From: Eledone cirrhosa
Lineage: Eukaryota
Length of the DNA: 64,000 bases
Assembly (NCBI GenBank): GCA_964016885.1
Contig: OZ024745.1
Span: forward strand, 25,420,001 to 25,484,000
Direction of reading: 5' to 3'
The notes beneath the pieces were generated by a model. The model saw only the letters and a program-made list of their open reading frames with translations. It was not told where the DNA came from and made no database searches. The position numbers were made by a program, and so were the translations under genes. The first letter of the stretch is position 1. The number at the start of each line of letters is the position of its first letter. Shown here piece by piece: positions 25,961 through 39,701 of this stretch.

Positions 25961-26589
25961 TATATATATATATAAATGGGTGTATGTGTGTGAATGTATG
26001 TATGTATATATGTATGTACGACTGTCACTTGTAATCGAGTATGACTTGGTAGTATGTACCATACTTTTGCTAAGGCTTTTTTGTTGTCCATGCAGCCCCT
26101 AGCATGCACAGACACCCACTCGATCTTCCCTCCGTCCAGTAAAACATCCCTCATATCACAGCCTGAAAAAAATGTACTTCACAAGTCCTGGTATGATACT
26201 TTTTAATCGACCCTTAAAGGATGAAAGGAGGCAAAGTGAATCACTGTGGGATTCGAACTCAGACAGAGACCCAGAACAAATATCCAACGCTCTAACCCCT
26301 CTGCCAAATCAAGAATTCACTGAATATTTTATATAATTTTTTCCACTAAAGGTTTTTATATATAAATCCAAAATACAATATAAAACAGAAAAAGACGCAG
26401 TTTTCACCAACTGGTTTCGTTGTTCTGCTAGAAAACGGGTCACAGGTGGCGGATAGCGATACGGCCACCAGATATGGTGCGATATAAGTAGTCTCTTGCC
26501 AGACGAATAAGCAACGATAGACCAAACAATAGTAAGCTGCTAGGAGAGAAGTGGTAATGTGTGACACTATTAGCTCTCAAGAAAACTCT

Positions 26590-26870
26590 CACAACTGAAA
26601 GTTCTTTGGAGTGACGTTACTTGATAGAATGTGTAGCTCAAAGATCAGGAAGTCACTTTAGAGAGAACCACTCCTCGAATTAGGAGATCACAGCTTCGGT
26701 ATTACGGACATGTGGTTAGAATGTTTTAGGAAGGAATCGCTGGATAGATTTCAAGGGCAACTGACATGAAACTCAAAGCATATTACGAGGCAGATTACGA
26801 GCAAAATGGTTGGATAACATTAATAAACTCGGTTGGTCTTGCTTAGGGATTCAGCTGAATCATTTGGAAG
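26590..26870 (+). pseudogene. RTE-clade LINE 3' fragment, degenerate
   Basis: Encodes GVTLLDR..S..IR.SL..EPLL..IRRSQLRYYGHVVRM-like remnant, homologous to 29540-29700 on the minus strand. Confidence 0.55.
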
Positions 26871-26915
26871 CGGTTGCTTTAATGTCCTATACCACATGAA
26901 ATGTCAATAAATAAA

Positions 26916-27005
26916 AGAAGAAGAAGAAGAAGAAGAAGAAGAAGAAGAAGAAGAAGAAGAAGAAGAAGAAGAAGAAGAAGAAGAAGAAGAAGAAGAAGAA
27001 GAAGA
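26916..27005. repeat. (GAA)n microsatellite
   Basis: Direct reading. Confidence 0.97.
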
Positions 27006-27369
27006 ATTGAGTATAACGTTTTTGAAAATACAAACGGTAGATATGCTTTATCGTCAACAAGAGACGTAAAAGTTATTTTATTTGTTTAAAAACAAGTTAT
27101 TCTATTTATTTAGAAAACATATTACCAATTTCTATTATTTTCATAAAATAGAACGTAATAATTTATTTAGTCCACAGTGACGTAATAAATTATGTCATTT
27201 CAAAGAATTTAATTTTGGTTAATTTTTCTTTCTATATTGAATCTCCTTATTAATTTGTTGTTCCGTTGTCAATTCACTATCAGGCTCGTCCCCCCAAAAT
27301 TACTGTAATTATATATTGACTGGGGAGAATTTTTCTTGTATATATGGCTCTAAAATGTGATGATGGCGG

Positions 27370-28350
27370 ACTGTCATTTTTCTTCGGAGTCTTTGTACCT
27401 ACCTTTTGGTGGTAGGCTATTCCATTGAACATAAAGTTTTTTTTTCAAAGTAAACTGAAATCCGTCTATAAAAAAATGCCTTTCAACAGGTTATTGCAGT
27501 TCATAAGTAAATGTATCTAGTCAATATTTGATCACTTTCATTTCATAACTGTGTGTAATGTTACTATACAAGTTCACAACATTAAATGACAGGACATGAG
27601 TATTTTCTGTCAGTATATATAGTAGATGGTTAAGTGTATCAAGAATATCTTTCACAAAGCTTTGATTATATTTAATGAAAGGTTTTATCAAGATCTCTAG
27701 AAAGTCAAACGTTGTGCCACGCACAATGCGTCTACTACAATGGGTTAAACTACTCGGTGAGTGTATATTCCCGCAACTAAGCCCCAACCTTTCGAATGCT
27801 TCATTAATCAATTAAGTTTTGTGTATTTTTGTCAATAAATAAAAGCTGCTTGTTTTACATATAAAATACATCTATTTCTTTATCGGTGAAAATGTTCCGA
27901 TATAAATATAGCAAAACTGTATTGTTTCATAATTTTAGTATGCTTTTAATTGCAGGCTTATTTATAGTATGCACGTTCTTATAATATACTTAATAAAATG
28001 TTTGTATGGTCGTTTGTATCCATAATTACAACAGAGCTTCATTTACCGGCTTTATGTATAAATATAACTTTGCCCATTTAAAATATCAGTCAGGTGATTC
28101 CATTGTTGGCTAGTTAAGTTGAATTTTGTTTGTCTTGGTTTCTTTTTTTTCTGTTTCAATTGCAAATTTTGAAATATATTCACAGAATTCATCAAAGGCT
28201 ACATTTCTAACTCTGTGGGTTAGTTTTCACTTTTGTTTTTAACCCGAGACTCGTCGCTGTTGACTTCAAAAACCTGTTCTGCAAGTCTAAGACAGTTGGT
28301 GTAATATACAGTCTTTTACAGAATATATCTATTTCTATGGACGTAAATGT
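27370..28350 (-). pseudogene. decayed Penelope-like element reverse transcriptase ORF
   Basis: Motifs in order: KRLYITPT (cf. KGLxFxPT), IKP..SSVVIMD (cf. IKPADKGxxVVIMD), FYLLTKIHK (cf. FYxLPKIHK), LIKPF..SFVKD..D.L, SFNVVNLYSNI (cf. SFDVxSLYTNI), FMFNG..Y.Q..GT. Confidence 0.85.
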
Positions 28351-28718
28351 TTTGTATATGTGTGTGTGTGTATGTGGTAGGGTGATTGTTTTCGGTTTCT
28401 CGTGACTGGGTTCCATCTCGTTCTTCTGGGTTTGATTTAAAAACGAATATTTGTATGGGGTTGCTCTACATTATTTCCATTATTAGTATTTTCTGTGATA
28501 ATGTTTCTGCAGTTACTGTGTATTTCAGCAATATTTATTTCATTAGCTTCTTTGAAGTTATTCCTTATAAAACGAATGACGTCTTGTCTGAAAGTACTTC
28601 TGTTCGCCCGATTTCAGAAATTGTTACTTGTTAAGTTACATACATACATGATGGCTGGCTGCCCCCTCGTTATCGAGTATGCCATTGCATGATATACCAT
28701 TATTAGTAATCATTAATT

Positions 28719-28940
28719 AATTTCCGCCGAGGTTAACTTTGCCGTCCATCCTTATGGGGTCGATAAAATAAAGTACCAGTAATCTACTGGCTAATTGCTG
28801 GCCTTGTGCCAAAAGTAGAAACAATTAATTAATTCCCGCCGGGGTTAACTTTGCCTTTCATCCTTACGGGGTCGATAAAATAAAGTACCAGTAATGTACT
28901 GGTTAATTGCTGGCCTTGTGCCAAAAGTAGAAACAATTAA
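28719..28940 (+). mobile_element. two tandem 3' halves of the tRNA-SINE
   Basis: Body CCGCCGRGGTTAACTTTGCC...GTAGAAACAATTAATT repeated twice. Confidence 0.85.
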
Positions 28941-29353
28941 TTAATTCTATCGTGCAATGCCTGTGCGCGAAGATTTTTTTAAAGTGAGGAAAGACTGTGC
29001 ACAGAGAGTGGGATTGCCTACTCTCTGAGTGACAGTAGCTATAACTGGAAAAGAAGAAAAGATCAACATCATCGGTAACTACTGAGCCGCAGGTTTTATA
29101 TCGGAGTTATCCCAGTTTCTGAGTTGCCTTCTCCTAGAATAATGCCCTGACAAAGGGTAGGAGTCCTTTACTCCCAGTGGTTTAACCGCGCGATGGGTAT
29201 CCAGCCCGACTATTTCTATGTCCCCGCGTATATACATACACATTTACATGTGTATATACATATTTACACATTTTTGGATGGCCGTTGACTCTTATGAGTT
29301 CTTCCGCCCTTTGTCAGGTTTTGCTTTTTGTCCTGCATGTTTTTTGTCATACC

Positions 29354-29448
<95 letters not shown>

Positions 29449-29539
29449 TTGTGCGTGTGCGTGTGCGCGCGCGCGCGCGTGTGTGTGTGTGTATAAACAC
29501 ACTTTTGTTGGGATGTCCAGTATATATGCCCCCTAAATA

Positions 29540-29985
29540 GTATCGCGTGCCTTGACTTCTTTGCGTCTTTCAAATGCCTATAGTATCGGATCTGTGATCT
29601 TTCAATTCGAAGAAGTAGCGGTTCTTCCTCGAGTGACTCTCTGATCTCCAAGCAACGCACTCTATCGAGTAACGCTACTCCAAAAGACTCTTCGGAGAAA
29701 CACCCATTTCAGCCGTTTGTATTTGCGATCGTATTCTTTTGGTCATTATCCAAGATTTATGACCATAGGTAAGGGTTGGCACGAATACAGAATTGAAGAT
29801 AGCGAGTTTGGTTTTTACACCTACTTTATGATTATGGAATGCTGAAGCCGACGGCACATTACTGCACCAGCTCCTCTAATGTTTACATTTAATACAGCCT
29901 CCTGCCTTCCATCACTCGTGAACACGGCCCCTAGATACTTGAACTTGTCCACCTGCTTCAGTGGAACTCCATTCACATGCAGAGT
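29540..29985 (-). pseudogene. RTE-clade LINE RT C-terminal fragment
   Basis: LKQVDKFKYLGAVFTSDG, KLAIFNSVFVPTLTYG..SW, IQTAEM, EPLLLRIERSQIR. Confidence 0.8.
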
Positions 29986-30251
29986 GCACTGCGCAGGCTT
30001 CCTTGGTTTACAACTTATGGATATAATGAAATTACCTGGCCGGCCAACCTTTCTGATACAGATCATTGCATCTTCAGTGAGTTCACGCGAGTAATGAGGT
30101 TTTTCTGTGAAGCTTGCTGGAAGTATAGTTGATTGATCAATATGTTTTGTGTTACAATCAGATTTGAATAAATGAATAATCTTTACTAGTATCAGCTCTT
30201 CTCTTCCATTTCTGCACCAGAACATCGAAATGGAAATGTGTGTGCGTATAT

Positions 30252-30315
<64 letters not shown>

Positions 30316-30672
30316 GTATGTATGAATGTATGTATGTATGTATGTGTGTGTGTATAGATAGATAAATATATAAATCAATAAATATCGATATACTGTATGT
30401 ATAAGAATACATAGTGAGATGGTAATTGATCCACTGTGTTATGATCGTCTCAGAGATCAAAGTATTGATGTGCCAACTAACCTATGGCAATTACATAACT
30501 CTATAACTTCAGCCCCCAAAATACCCACCTCAGCTGTCTTTTTTCAATAAATATGATTTCTATCACATTTGTATTACTCACATGACTTATATGTAACATA
30601 CATGACTATAACTCCTGTTCTGATTAAACAGAAGACTCATGTATATATGTATATATATATAAGAACTGACTA

Positions 30673-30728
30673 ACTGCCTGATGAGGTCATAGCCATTCAA
30701 TGGCTATCATCGAAATATATATAGCAGT
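30673..30728 (+). ncRNA. type I hammerhead ribozyme with intact core
   Basis: ACTGC-CTGATGA-GGTCATAGCCAT(TCA)ATGGCTATCATC-GAAA-TATATA-TA^GCAGT, followed by AATAAA. Confidence 0.88.
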
Positions 30729-30900
30729 AAATAAAGGATTATGAGTTCATGCAATTGACTTATGTTTCGTCACTATATATATATATAAGTTGAAATAGAA
30801 TGAAACGAAATTTCATTTCTCACTCTTAGTACGGCACTTACTTAAATGTAAGTATGTATGTATACGTACATACATATATGTATACAGACGTACAGTAGTA

Positions 30901-30975
<75 letters not shown>

Positions 30976-31203
30976 GTACACATATATATATATGTACGTA
31001 TCAGTTTAGCGGACGTTTATTATAACGTCCGCTTTGTCCGTTTGTAAACAAACGGACAGCCTGATTTATGCCGTACGGTGTTAAGGCAACCACGTCACCT
31101 GGCCGACTGAACTCACTCGATATGCAAATTAGGCTGCTCAGCCGTTAATTTTCATAAGGAAAGTATATACTTTCGAACGTTCAACCATCTGGCAGAAGGG
31201 TAT

Positions 31204-31246
31204 ACGGTGCTGATGATAGCTAAGAAGCTTGAAACTAGTACATCGT
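31204..31246 (+). ncRNA. minimal type I hammerhead ribozyme (family A variant)
   Basis: ACGGTG-CTGATGA-T-AGCT(AAGA)AGCT-T-GAAA-CTAG-TA^CATCGT. Confidence 0.88.
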
Positions 31247-31654
31247 TCCTGTGTCAGTGTTGAACAAAAAGGTGACGTGGTTGCCTTAACAACGTACGGC
31301 ATAAATCTGGCTGTCCGTTTGTTTACAAACGGACAAAGCGGACGTTATAATAAACGTCCGCTAAACTGATACGTACATATATATATGTGTACCTGTATGT
31401 ATATATATATATATATGCATACTACTGTACGTCTGTATACATATATGTATGTACGTATACATACATACTTACATTTAAGTAAGTGCCGTACTAAGAGTGA
31501 GAAATGAAATTTCGTTTCATTCTATTTCAACTTATCGTTTTCGGTGCGCCTGGCCGACTGAACTCACTCGATATGCAAATTAGGCTGCTCAGCCGTTAAT
31601 TTTCATAAGGAAAGTATATACTTTCGAACGTTCAACCATCTGGCAGAAGCGTAT

Positions 31655-31697
31655 ACGGTGCTGATGATAGCTAAGAAGCTTGAAACTAGTACATCGT
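31655..31697 (+). ncRNA. minimal type I hammerhead ribozyme (family A variant)
   Basis: Identical to 31204-31246. Confidence 0.88.
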
Positions 31698-31890
31698 TCC
31701 TGTGTCAGTGTTGAACAAAACGGTGACGTGGTTGCCTTAACACCGTACGGCATAAATCAGGTTATAATAAACGTCCGCTAAACTGATACGTACATATATA
31801 TATGTCTACCTGTATGTATATATATATATATATATATACATACAGTAGTATGCATATATATATATATATGCATATATATATATATATGCA

Positions 31891-32099
31891 TAACGAAGGA
31901 AATGTGGTAAGGAACCAGGTGGACCATAACGCACCAAAGTACTCGATACTTGAGGTAGTAGAGTGGGTAATAGGAACCAGTAAGACCCCGACAGCTGAGC
32001 TCAAGCCGTTTCGACGGCTAATTCTGGACGGCTAATTCAGTCCAGAATTAGCCGTCGAAACGGCTTGAGCTCAGCTGTCGGGGTCTTACTGGTTCCTAT
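31891..32099 (-). mobile_element. family D element (tail plus ~130-bp palindrome)
   Basis: Inverted homologue of 22502-22740, palindrome at 31970-32099. Confidence 0.75.
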
Positions 32100-32762
32100 A
32101 TATATGCATATATATATATATGCATATATTTTATTAGTTTATTTCATTAATAGCTAACTTTGTCTGTTGCAATGTAAACACATTTCGTGTTTATCATATA
32201 CTTTAAATGTATTAACTGCTCGGAAGAGCCCCTTCCTGGAGCTTAATTATTGTAAACGACTGAGAGTTTATTCTCAAAATATAATATAATGTATAGCTCC
32301 TTTATTGTAAGAGCTGATCCTTAATCCTGCATAAGCGGCTGTTATTTCTAGCACCGTGAATGTGGGATAGCTAGTTTTGGCCTGCCTACCCACGTGTAGT
32401 CAGACCTGCAAAATTTTTGATGTGAGATAGACTAATCTTACTGGATTCCTGTTGATAAGCACAGAAGATTTGGACATTTCACTCTTTTATTTCTATTCCA
32501 TTTCGATTCTCTTTATTTTTCAATTCACATTCCACCGTTGCGAAACTTATTTGGGTTTCGAGGTTCAAATTCGTCTACAGAACAGGTTTGAATTTTGAAA
32601 TTTAAATATGTCCAGGAATCATGGCCGTTGCCAATATAATCTTGTCTTTATTGACTTGTATCGAGACAGACAAAGTGTATTCACTTTTATTAGTTTATTT
32701 CATTAATAGCTAACTTTGTCTGTTGCAATGTAAACACATTTCGTGTTTATCATATACTTTAA

Positions 32763-32820
<58 letters not shown>

Positions 32821-32821
32821 A

Positions 32822-33220
32822 TATATGGTCATTTCTGTCTGTTTGTGTGTGTGTTTGTGCCTCCGGGGAACCCTAATAGGGGGTTTAACTCCCATTAGTG
32901 TTCCCCAGGGGCTCAAACCCACGCTGAAAATGTTTTCCCTTCGATTTATATGAAATTTAAACCATAGGTAAATGACAAGATATGATACCTATTCACAAAA
33001 GTTTTGAATTGATATTTTGAAAAAATTGATTTACAAGAAACAAAATAAGAATAAGATTTAATAATGCAATTTCGATTTGATATATTACAAAAAATAATGT
33101 TTTCCAATTTTTCATGCATTACATTTTACATTCAGTAATATTGAAATGCAGAGTTTTTCAATCATCATTTTCTTACAAAAAGAAAATGTGTGAAACGCAG
33201 CAAGGCGCGGGTAATTCGGC

Positions 33221-33222
<2 letters not shown>
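32822..33222 (+). mobile_element. possible non-autonomous Helitron-like element
   Basis: 5' CTGTCTG/TG tract, internal GATTTATATGAAATTT, degenerate GC-rich 3' hairpin then GCTTGT (cf. CTAGT). Confidence 0.35.
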
Positions 33223-33278
<56 letters not shown>

Positions 33279-33579
33279 CAGATAGGATGTGGTAAAATAC
33301 CAGGTGGACCATAACACACCAGAGTACTCGATACTTGGAGTAGTAGAGTGGGTAATATGAAATTCAATATGATAAAGTCTACTACAAAAATATAACATTG
33401 TATTAAAATGAAAAGGAAGAACGCATTAAAAAATGTAGTCCTAGATAACTTATACCCGATAGAAACAACAACAGCAACAACAACAACGTATTGCTGGATA
33501 GCCACGTCGGAACAAATTCTATTGGGTGACCGGAAGCTGAACAGCAACACCACACGTGCAAAACTACACTTTCATATAT

Positions 33580-34350
33580 GCACACACACACACATATACA
33601 TACATACATACACACATGCGCACACACACACACACACACATACATACACACACATACACGTTCACACACATACACGCACACACACACGCATATACCTACG
33701 CACACACATACACATGCACACATACACACACATACACACATACACACGCACACACATACATACACACGCATACACACATACATGCACGCACACATACCCA
33801 CACGCGCGCACATACACATACACACGCACGCACATACACACATACACACGCACACACATACTTACATACACACGCACGCACACACACACACACACATACA
33901 CTCACATACATATATACACACGCACACACATACACATACACATTCACACATGCGCACACAGATATAGACACAAATTCACAGTATTTGCTAGAAAGCAGTA
34001 AAAGCCAGGGCCACTTCTGATTACGGCTGATTATTTCGTCTGGACGGCATATATTTCCATATGAAGCATTGCTAAACATAGACACATACATACGTACATG
34101 TACACACACACATACACATATACATACATGTACACAAATACACACACATACATACATACATGCACATGTACACACACACACATGTACATGTACACACACA
34201 AATACAGACACACATACATACATGTACATGTACACACACACACATGCATGTACATGTAGACACACACATGCATGTACATGTAGACACACACATATAGACA
34301 CATACATATACACACATACATACATGTACACACACACACACACACATATA
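33580..34350. repeat. degenerate (CA)n/(CATA)n tracts
   Basis: Direct reading. Confidence 0.9.
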
Positions 34351-34381
34351 TATATATCATTATCAAAATAAAGTACCAGTT

Positions 34382-34548
34382 AGAGGGTCGGACGTCATGT
34401 TTTGACGCATAGTGTTACGGCCCTTTCTATTCTGAGTTCAAATCCCGCCGAGGTCAACTTTGCCTTTCATCCTTGCGGGTCGATAAAATAAAGTACCAGT
34501 AATGTGCTGGGTAATTGCTGGCCTTGTGCCAAAAGTAGAAACAATTAT
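34382..34548 (+). mobile_element. tRNA-derived SINE (5'-clipped)
   Basis: B-box and body match the family. Confidence 0.85.
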
Positions 34549-34748
34549 CAAAATAAAGTACCAGTAATACACTAGGATAATTGCTGAGAATTGAATAATC
34601 AAAACCGTAGCGGTATGTGGCATATACAATCTCTTATATATTTTATCTGATGAAAACGTACTTAAACACCATTGTACCTTTGAAATATGTATAATAAAAT
34701 ATATATTTTGATTATGAGAATATTTTTCATTTATTAATATTTTGAATA

Positions 34749-34828
<80 letters not shown>

Positions 34829-34841
34829 ATACACACACACA

Positions 34842-34889
<48 letters not shown>

Positions 34890-35252
34890 ATGTAGGAGGT
34901 GAGTTTTATTGTAGTACAATAAAGCAATGCAGATATATATATATATATAGACACATATATAGACACATATATAGACACATATACACACACACACACATAA
35001 TTATACCTATGTATATATATGTGTATGTGCGTGTGTGTTTATATATATATTTGTATACAAATGTTTGAGCGAGTTTGGTCTGTGTGCGTGTGTCTGTGTG
35101 TGGGTGTCACTGTGTGTGTGTGTCAGTGTGTGTGTGTGTGCGTGTCAGTGTGTGTGTGTGTGTGTGTGGGTGTCACTGTGTGTGTGTATTACTAAAGAAA
35201 TAAAAACAAACATACGAACGAAGGAAGGAAGGACAAGACGAAGCTAAAGCAA

Positions 35253-35418
35253 TAACTGTTTCTACTATTGGCACAAGGCCAGCAAAAACCCAGTGTATTA
35301 CTGGTACTTTATTTTATCAACCCCGTAAGGGTGAAAGGCAAAGTTAACCTCGGCGGGATTTGAACTCAGAATGGCAAGGGCCGTAACTCTATGCGTCAAA
35401 TACTGCCAATTCACCGCC
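35253..35418 (-). mobile_element. tRNA-derived SINE
   Basis: Reverse complement of the family, with an internal deletion. Confidence 0.85.
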
Positions 35419-35431
35419 TTAAAGCAATAAC

Positions 35432-35464
<33 letters not shown>

Positions 35465-35639
35465 AATGATGATGTTGATAGTAAGGACGACGATGATGAT
35501 GATAATGACGGTAATGCTAACGATGAGGACGACGACAACGACGACGACAACAAACGACCACCAACAATAACACGGCGACGATGACGATGTTGGCGTCAAA
35601 CGATTTCCCACGAGAAAATAGTCATTTTCGCACTTGGTC

Positions 35640-35710
35640 TGCCGCCGCCGTCACCACTACTACTACTACTACTACTACTGCTACTACTACTACTGCTACT
35701 ATTACTGCTG

Positions 35711-35766
<56 letters not shown>

Positions 35767-35788
35767 GCTGCTGCTACTACTACTACTG

Positions 35789-35859
<71 letters not shown>

Positions 35860-35920
35860 GCTGCTGCTGCTACTACTACTACTGCTACTACTACTACTAC
35901 TACTACTACTACTGCTGCTG

Positions 35921-35955
<35 letters not shown>

Positions 35956-36160
35956 GCTGCTACTACTACTGCTACTACTACTACTACTACTACTACTACC
36001 ATTACTACTACTACTGCTGCTGCTACTACTACTGCTGCTGCCGCCGTCACTACTACTACTGCTACTACTACTACCACTACTACCACCATTGCTGCTGCTA
36101 CTACTACTACCACTACCACTACTGCTGCTGCTGCTACTACTACCACTACCACTACTGCTG

Positions 36161-36208
<48 letters not shown>

Positions 36209-36285
36209 TTGCTGCTGCTGCTGCTACTACTACTACTACTACTGCTACTACTACTACCACCACCACCACCACCACCACTGCTGCT
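35640..36285. repeat. (ACT)n/(GCT)n/(ACC)n trinucleotide repeat
   Basis: Direct reading. Confidence 0.95.
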
Positions 36286-36428
36286 AGTACCAATGCAGTG
36301 GCTATGCTATGAGGTTTATTACACCATAGTAAGCTTAACTTGACATAACCTTACTTCCCAGACCAACAGTACCATCAGTTGGAACTGTTGCCAACAGACT
36401 ACCTCTCGGCCATATACAATAGTATATA

Positions 36429-36484
<56 letters not shown>

Positions 36485-36623
36485 CGACAGGGGGGGGGGT
36501 GTTCTATCTATCTTTCTATCAAGTTCTATCAATTTATTAGTTTATCGATATCTGCTTCACTTCTGTTGCTCACGCTCATCTCTTTTTTGGGGGTATGTAT
36601 GTATGTATGTATGCATGTATGTA

Positions 36624-36655
<32 letters not shown>

Positions 36656-36745
36656 ATAGTAGAACCCTGTTGTGGAACTATTACATATATATATGTATAT
36701 ATATATATATATAAAATTAATAAATTCCAGTTGCTGCAACACCGC

Positions 36746-36792
36746 CAGGTACATACGTTTCGTTAGCCCTGAGGACCTACTTGTTCAACCTG
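36746..36792 (-). ncRNA. degenerate hammerhead motif
   Basis: CAGG-TTGAACA-[stem II]-GAAA-CGTATG-TA^CCTG, two core mismatches, between (TA)n tracts. Confidence 0.4.
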
Positions 36793-36837
36793 TGCCGATG
36801 AAAAGAAATCGGAAAAAATATATATGCATACATACAT

Positions 36838-36869
<32 letters not shown>

Positions 36870-36988
36870 AGCGTATGTTATTACTCTAAGGCCCCAACTT
36901 ATCGAGTCCTTTGCTAACTCATCATTTCATATAAGTAGGCCGAATTTACTTGCAAACCGCCAGAGATTAGATTTTACTATTTTCCAAT

Positions 36989-37020
<32 letters not shown>

Positions 37021-37157
37021 AGAACGAAAATTTTGTGTGGTTACTGCAAACAAAGTTTATATATATATATATACACAAATATATATTTATATATAAAAGA
37101 AAATGAGTTTTTTTTTCAAAATGAAAAAAAAAAACAGATGTCCTACACGAGTGAAAG

Positions 37158-37649
<492 letters not shown>

Positions 37650-37697
37650 ATATATATATATTTCAAACTTACAACGTCGTCTGCTGTTAAATGTATA

Positions 37698-37890
37698 GGG
37701 CGGTGGATTGGCAGTATCGGTAGAGGGTCGGGCGCCATGCTTTGAAGCATAGAGTTACCTCCCTTTATGATCTGAGTTCAAATCCCGCCGAGATTAACTT
37801 TCCCTTTCATCCTTACGGGGTCGATAAAATAAAGTACCAGTAATGCACTGGGATAATTGCTGGCCTGGTGCCAAAGGTAGAAACAATTAT
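37698..37890 (+). mobile_element. tRNA-derived SINE
   Basis: Full head, body and tail. Confidence 0.9.
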
Positions 37891-38356
37891 TTAGCAGCAC
37901 ATCAGCCTCTCCCCTTCCCCTCCCTTTCTTCAGTGGCCCAAGACTCCTTGCTTTTTCCCTCCTTTTCCTCTCATTTATGACATTTATAGTTCTTTCCTTT
38001 ACATTCCCATACAGCTAAATCTACCCTTCTTTACCCTCTTTTTGCTTATAACTTAATTTTGTTTTTATCTTCTATTTCATATCTATTATAGCTATCAACG
38101 GATTTTAAGCCAACTTTGTAAATTTAATTTGAATAAAATTCAAATTCATCTTTGAAAATTCTCAAGACTATAAATTGCTCAAGCTCAAGAGATAGAACTA
38201 CGCCTCTCCGCCAATCATTATATTTTACTTCTACTGGTAAAACCGAAGGCATTGCGTATTCCAAGATGCCGTTGTTACAATGGTCTGAGATTTGAAGGCT
38301 ATGATGTGTTTAAGTGTAGTATCATATAAGCTATACTCATAGACATTCTTAATATT

Positions 38357-38541
38357 TGGATTGGCAGTATCGGTAGAGGGTCGGACGCCATGCTTTCCAG
38401 CATAGTTATGTTCCTTTACGGTCTGAGTTCAAATCCTGCCGAGGTTAACTTTGCCTTTCATCCTTACAGGGTCGATAAAATAAAAGTACCAGTAATGTAC
38501 TGAGTAATTGCTGGCCTTGTGCCAAATGTAGAAACAATTAT
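38357..38541 (+). mobile_element. tRNA-derived SINE
   Basis: Family match. Confidence 0.88.
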
Positions 38542-39590
38542 TTTATTAATCATAGATTTCATTGCTCCTGTTTAGATACAATAATTGTAAGTGTAAATTT
38601 CCTTCTGGCACCCTTACTCAATAAGAATTACTTTATTTCCGTAGGTAGCTTACTTCCCCCGCACTCTAGATTTTATTTACTTTTAAAATTATTTGAAAAA
38701 TGATAAATAAAAAAAACGAATAAAGACATGTTATGTTCAATGATAGTTTCAAATGATTTAAAACAGATTTTACTTTCACTTAATCTTGTGTTCGTATTTA
38801 ATACGCTTAAATTATCTACTTGACATTTACACAATTGAATTATGAAGTACATTATTCATATTGAGCACGTATGTATAGTGTAGTGCATTAGATACCACAC
38901 TGTTATAAATAATTTGGAAAGCAATTGCATTTCCTGCATAAAAAATTGCAATTTGTAAAACTAGGTTTCAACATGTGGAGCTTCTTCAGTGTAGTTTTCG
39001 TAATTCTTATATTTAAATTAAATGTGTGTGCGCGCGCACATGTGTGTGTGTGTGTACGTGTGTGTATGTACGTGTGAGTGTGCCCGTGCATGTGTGTACA
39101 TATGTATGTCTGTGTGGATGTAAAAGACCATCCTCCGAGAATATAACCATAGAGTGTGTTTGTTATTTTATCAAACTTTTTTTCACACAATTTCTCTATT
39201 AAACTGCGTATATGAATGTTACACACACACACACACATATATATATATATGTTGTGGGATTATATGACTACATATGTTTCGTGAGAATATAATCCCTATA
39301 TAGGTTTTCCTTGGAAATATGGTGCTAGTAGCGAACAACTCTCTTTTCCAGAAAGGAGAGGGCTCGCTTCAAAATCTTCATTTATCTTAATTGTTCATTC
39401 ATCAAACGCAAACACACATAGGCATATAAACATACACACGTATACACACACGCACTCATCACACACTGAAACACACATACACAGGCAAAAATACACTCAC
39501 AGACATGAAGTAAACTGAACTAGCTTCGTAAGAATACCATTTTCCCTCTCATTCATTCTCCCCTCTCTCGCGCTCTCTCTCTCTCTCTAT

Positions 39591-39641
<51 letters not shown>

Positions 39642-39670
39642 CACACACACACACACACACGCGCGCGCGC

Positions 39671-39701
<31 letters not shown>

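Larger units (their letters stand above)
30786..31815. repeat. family A variant: inverted arm (30786-31100) plus ~1.5 tandem 451-bp units
   Basis: Homologous to the 22756-25518 unit, with diagnostic substitutions. Confidence 0.9.

Noticed and set aside
35581-36312. Thr/Ala-rich mucin-like ORF
   Set aside because: Open in several frames on both strands. It is an (ACT)n expansion without signal peptide or splice support.
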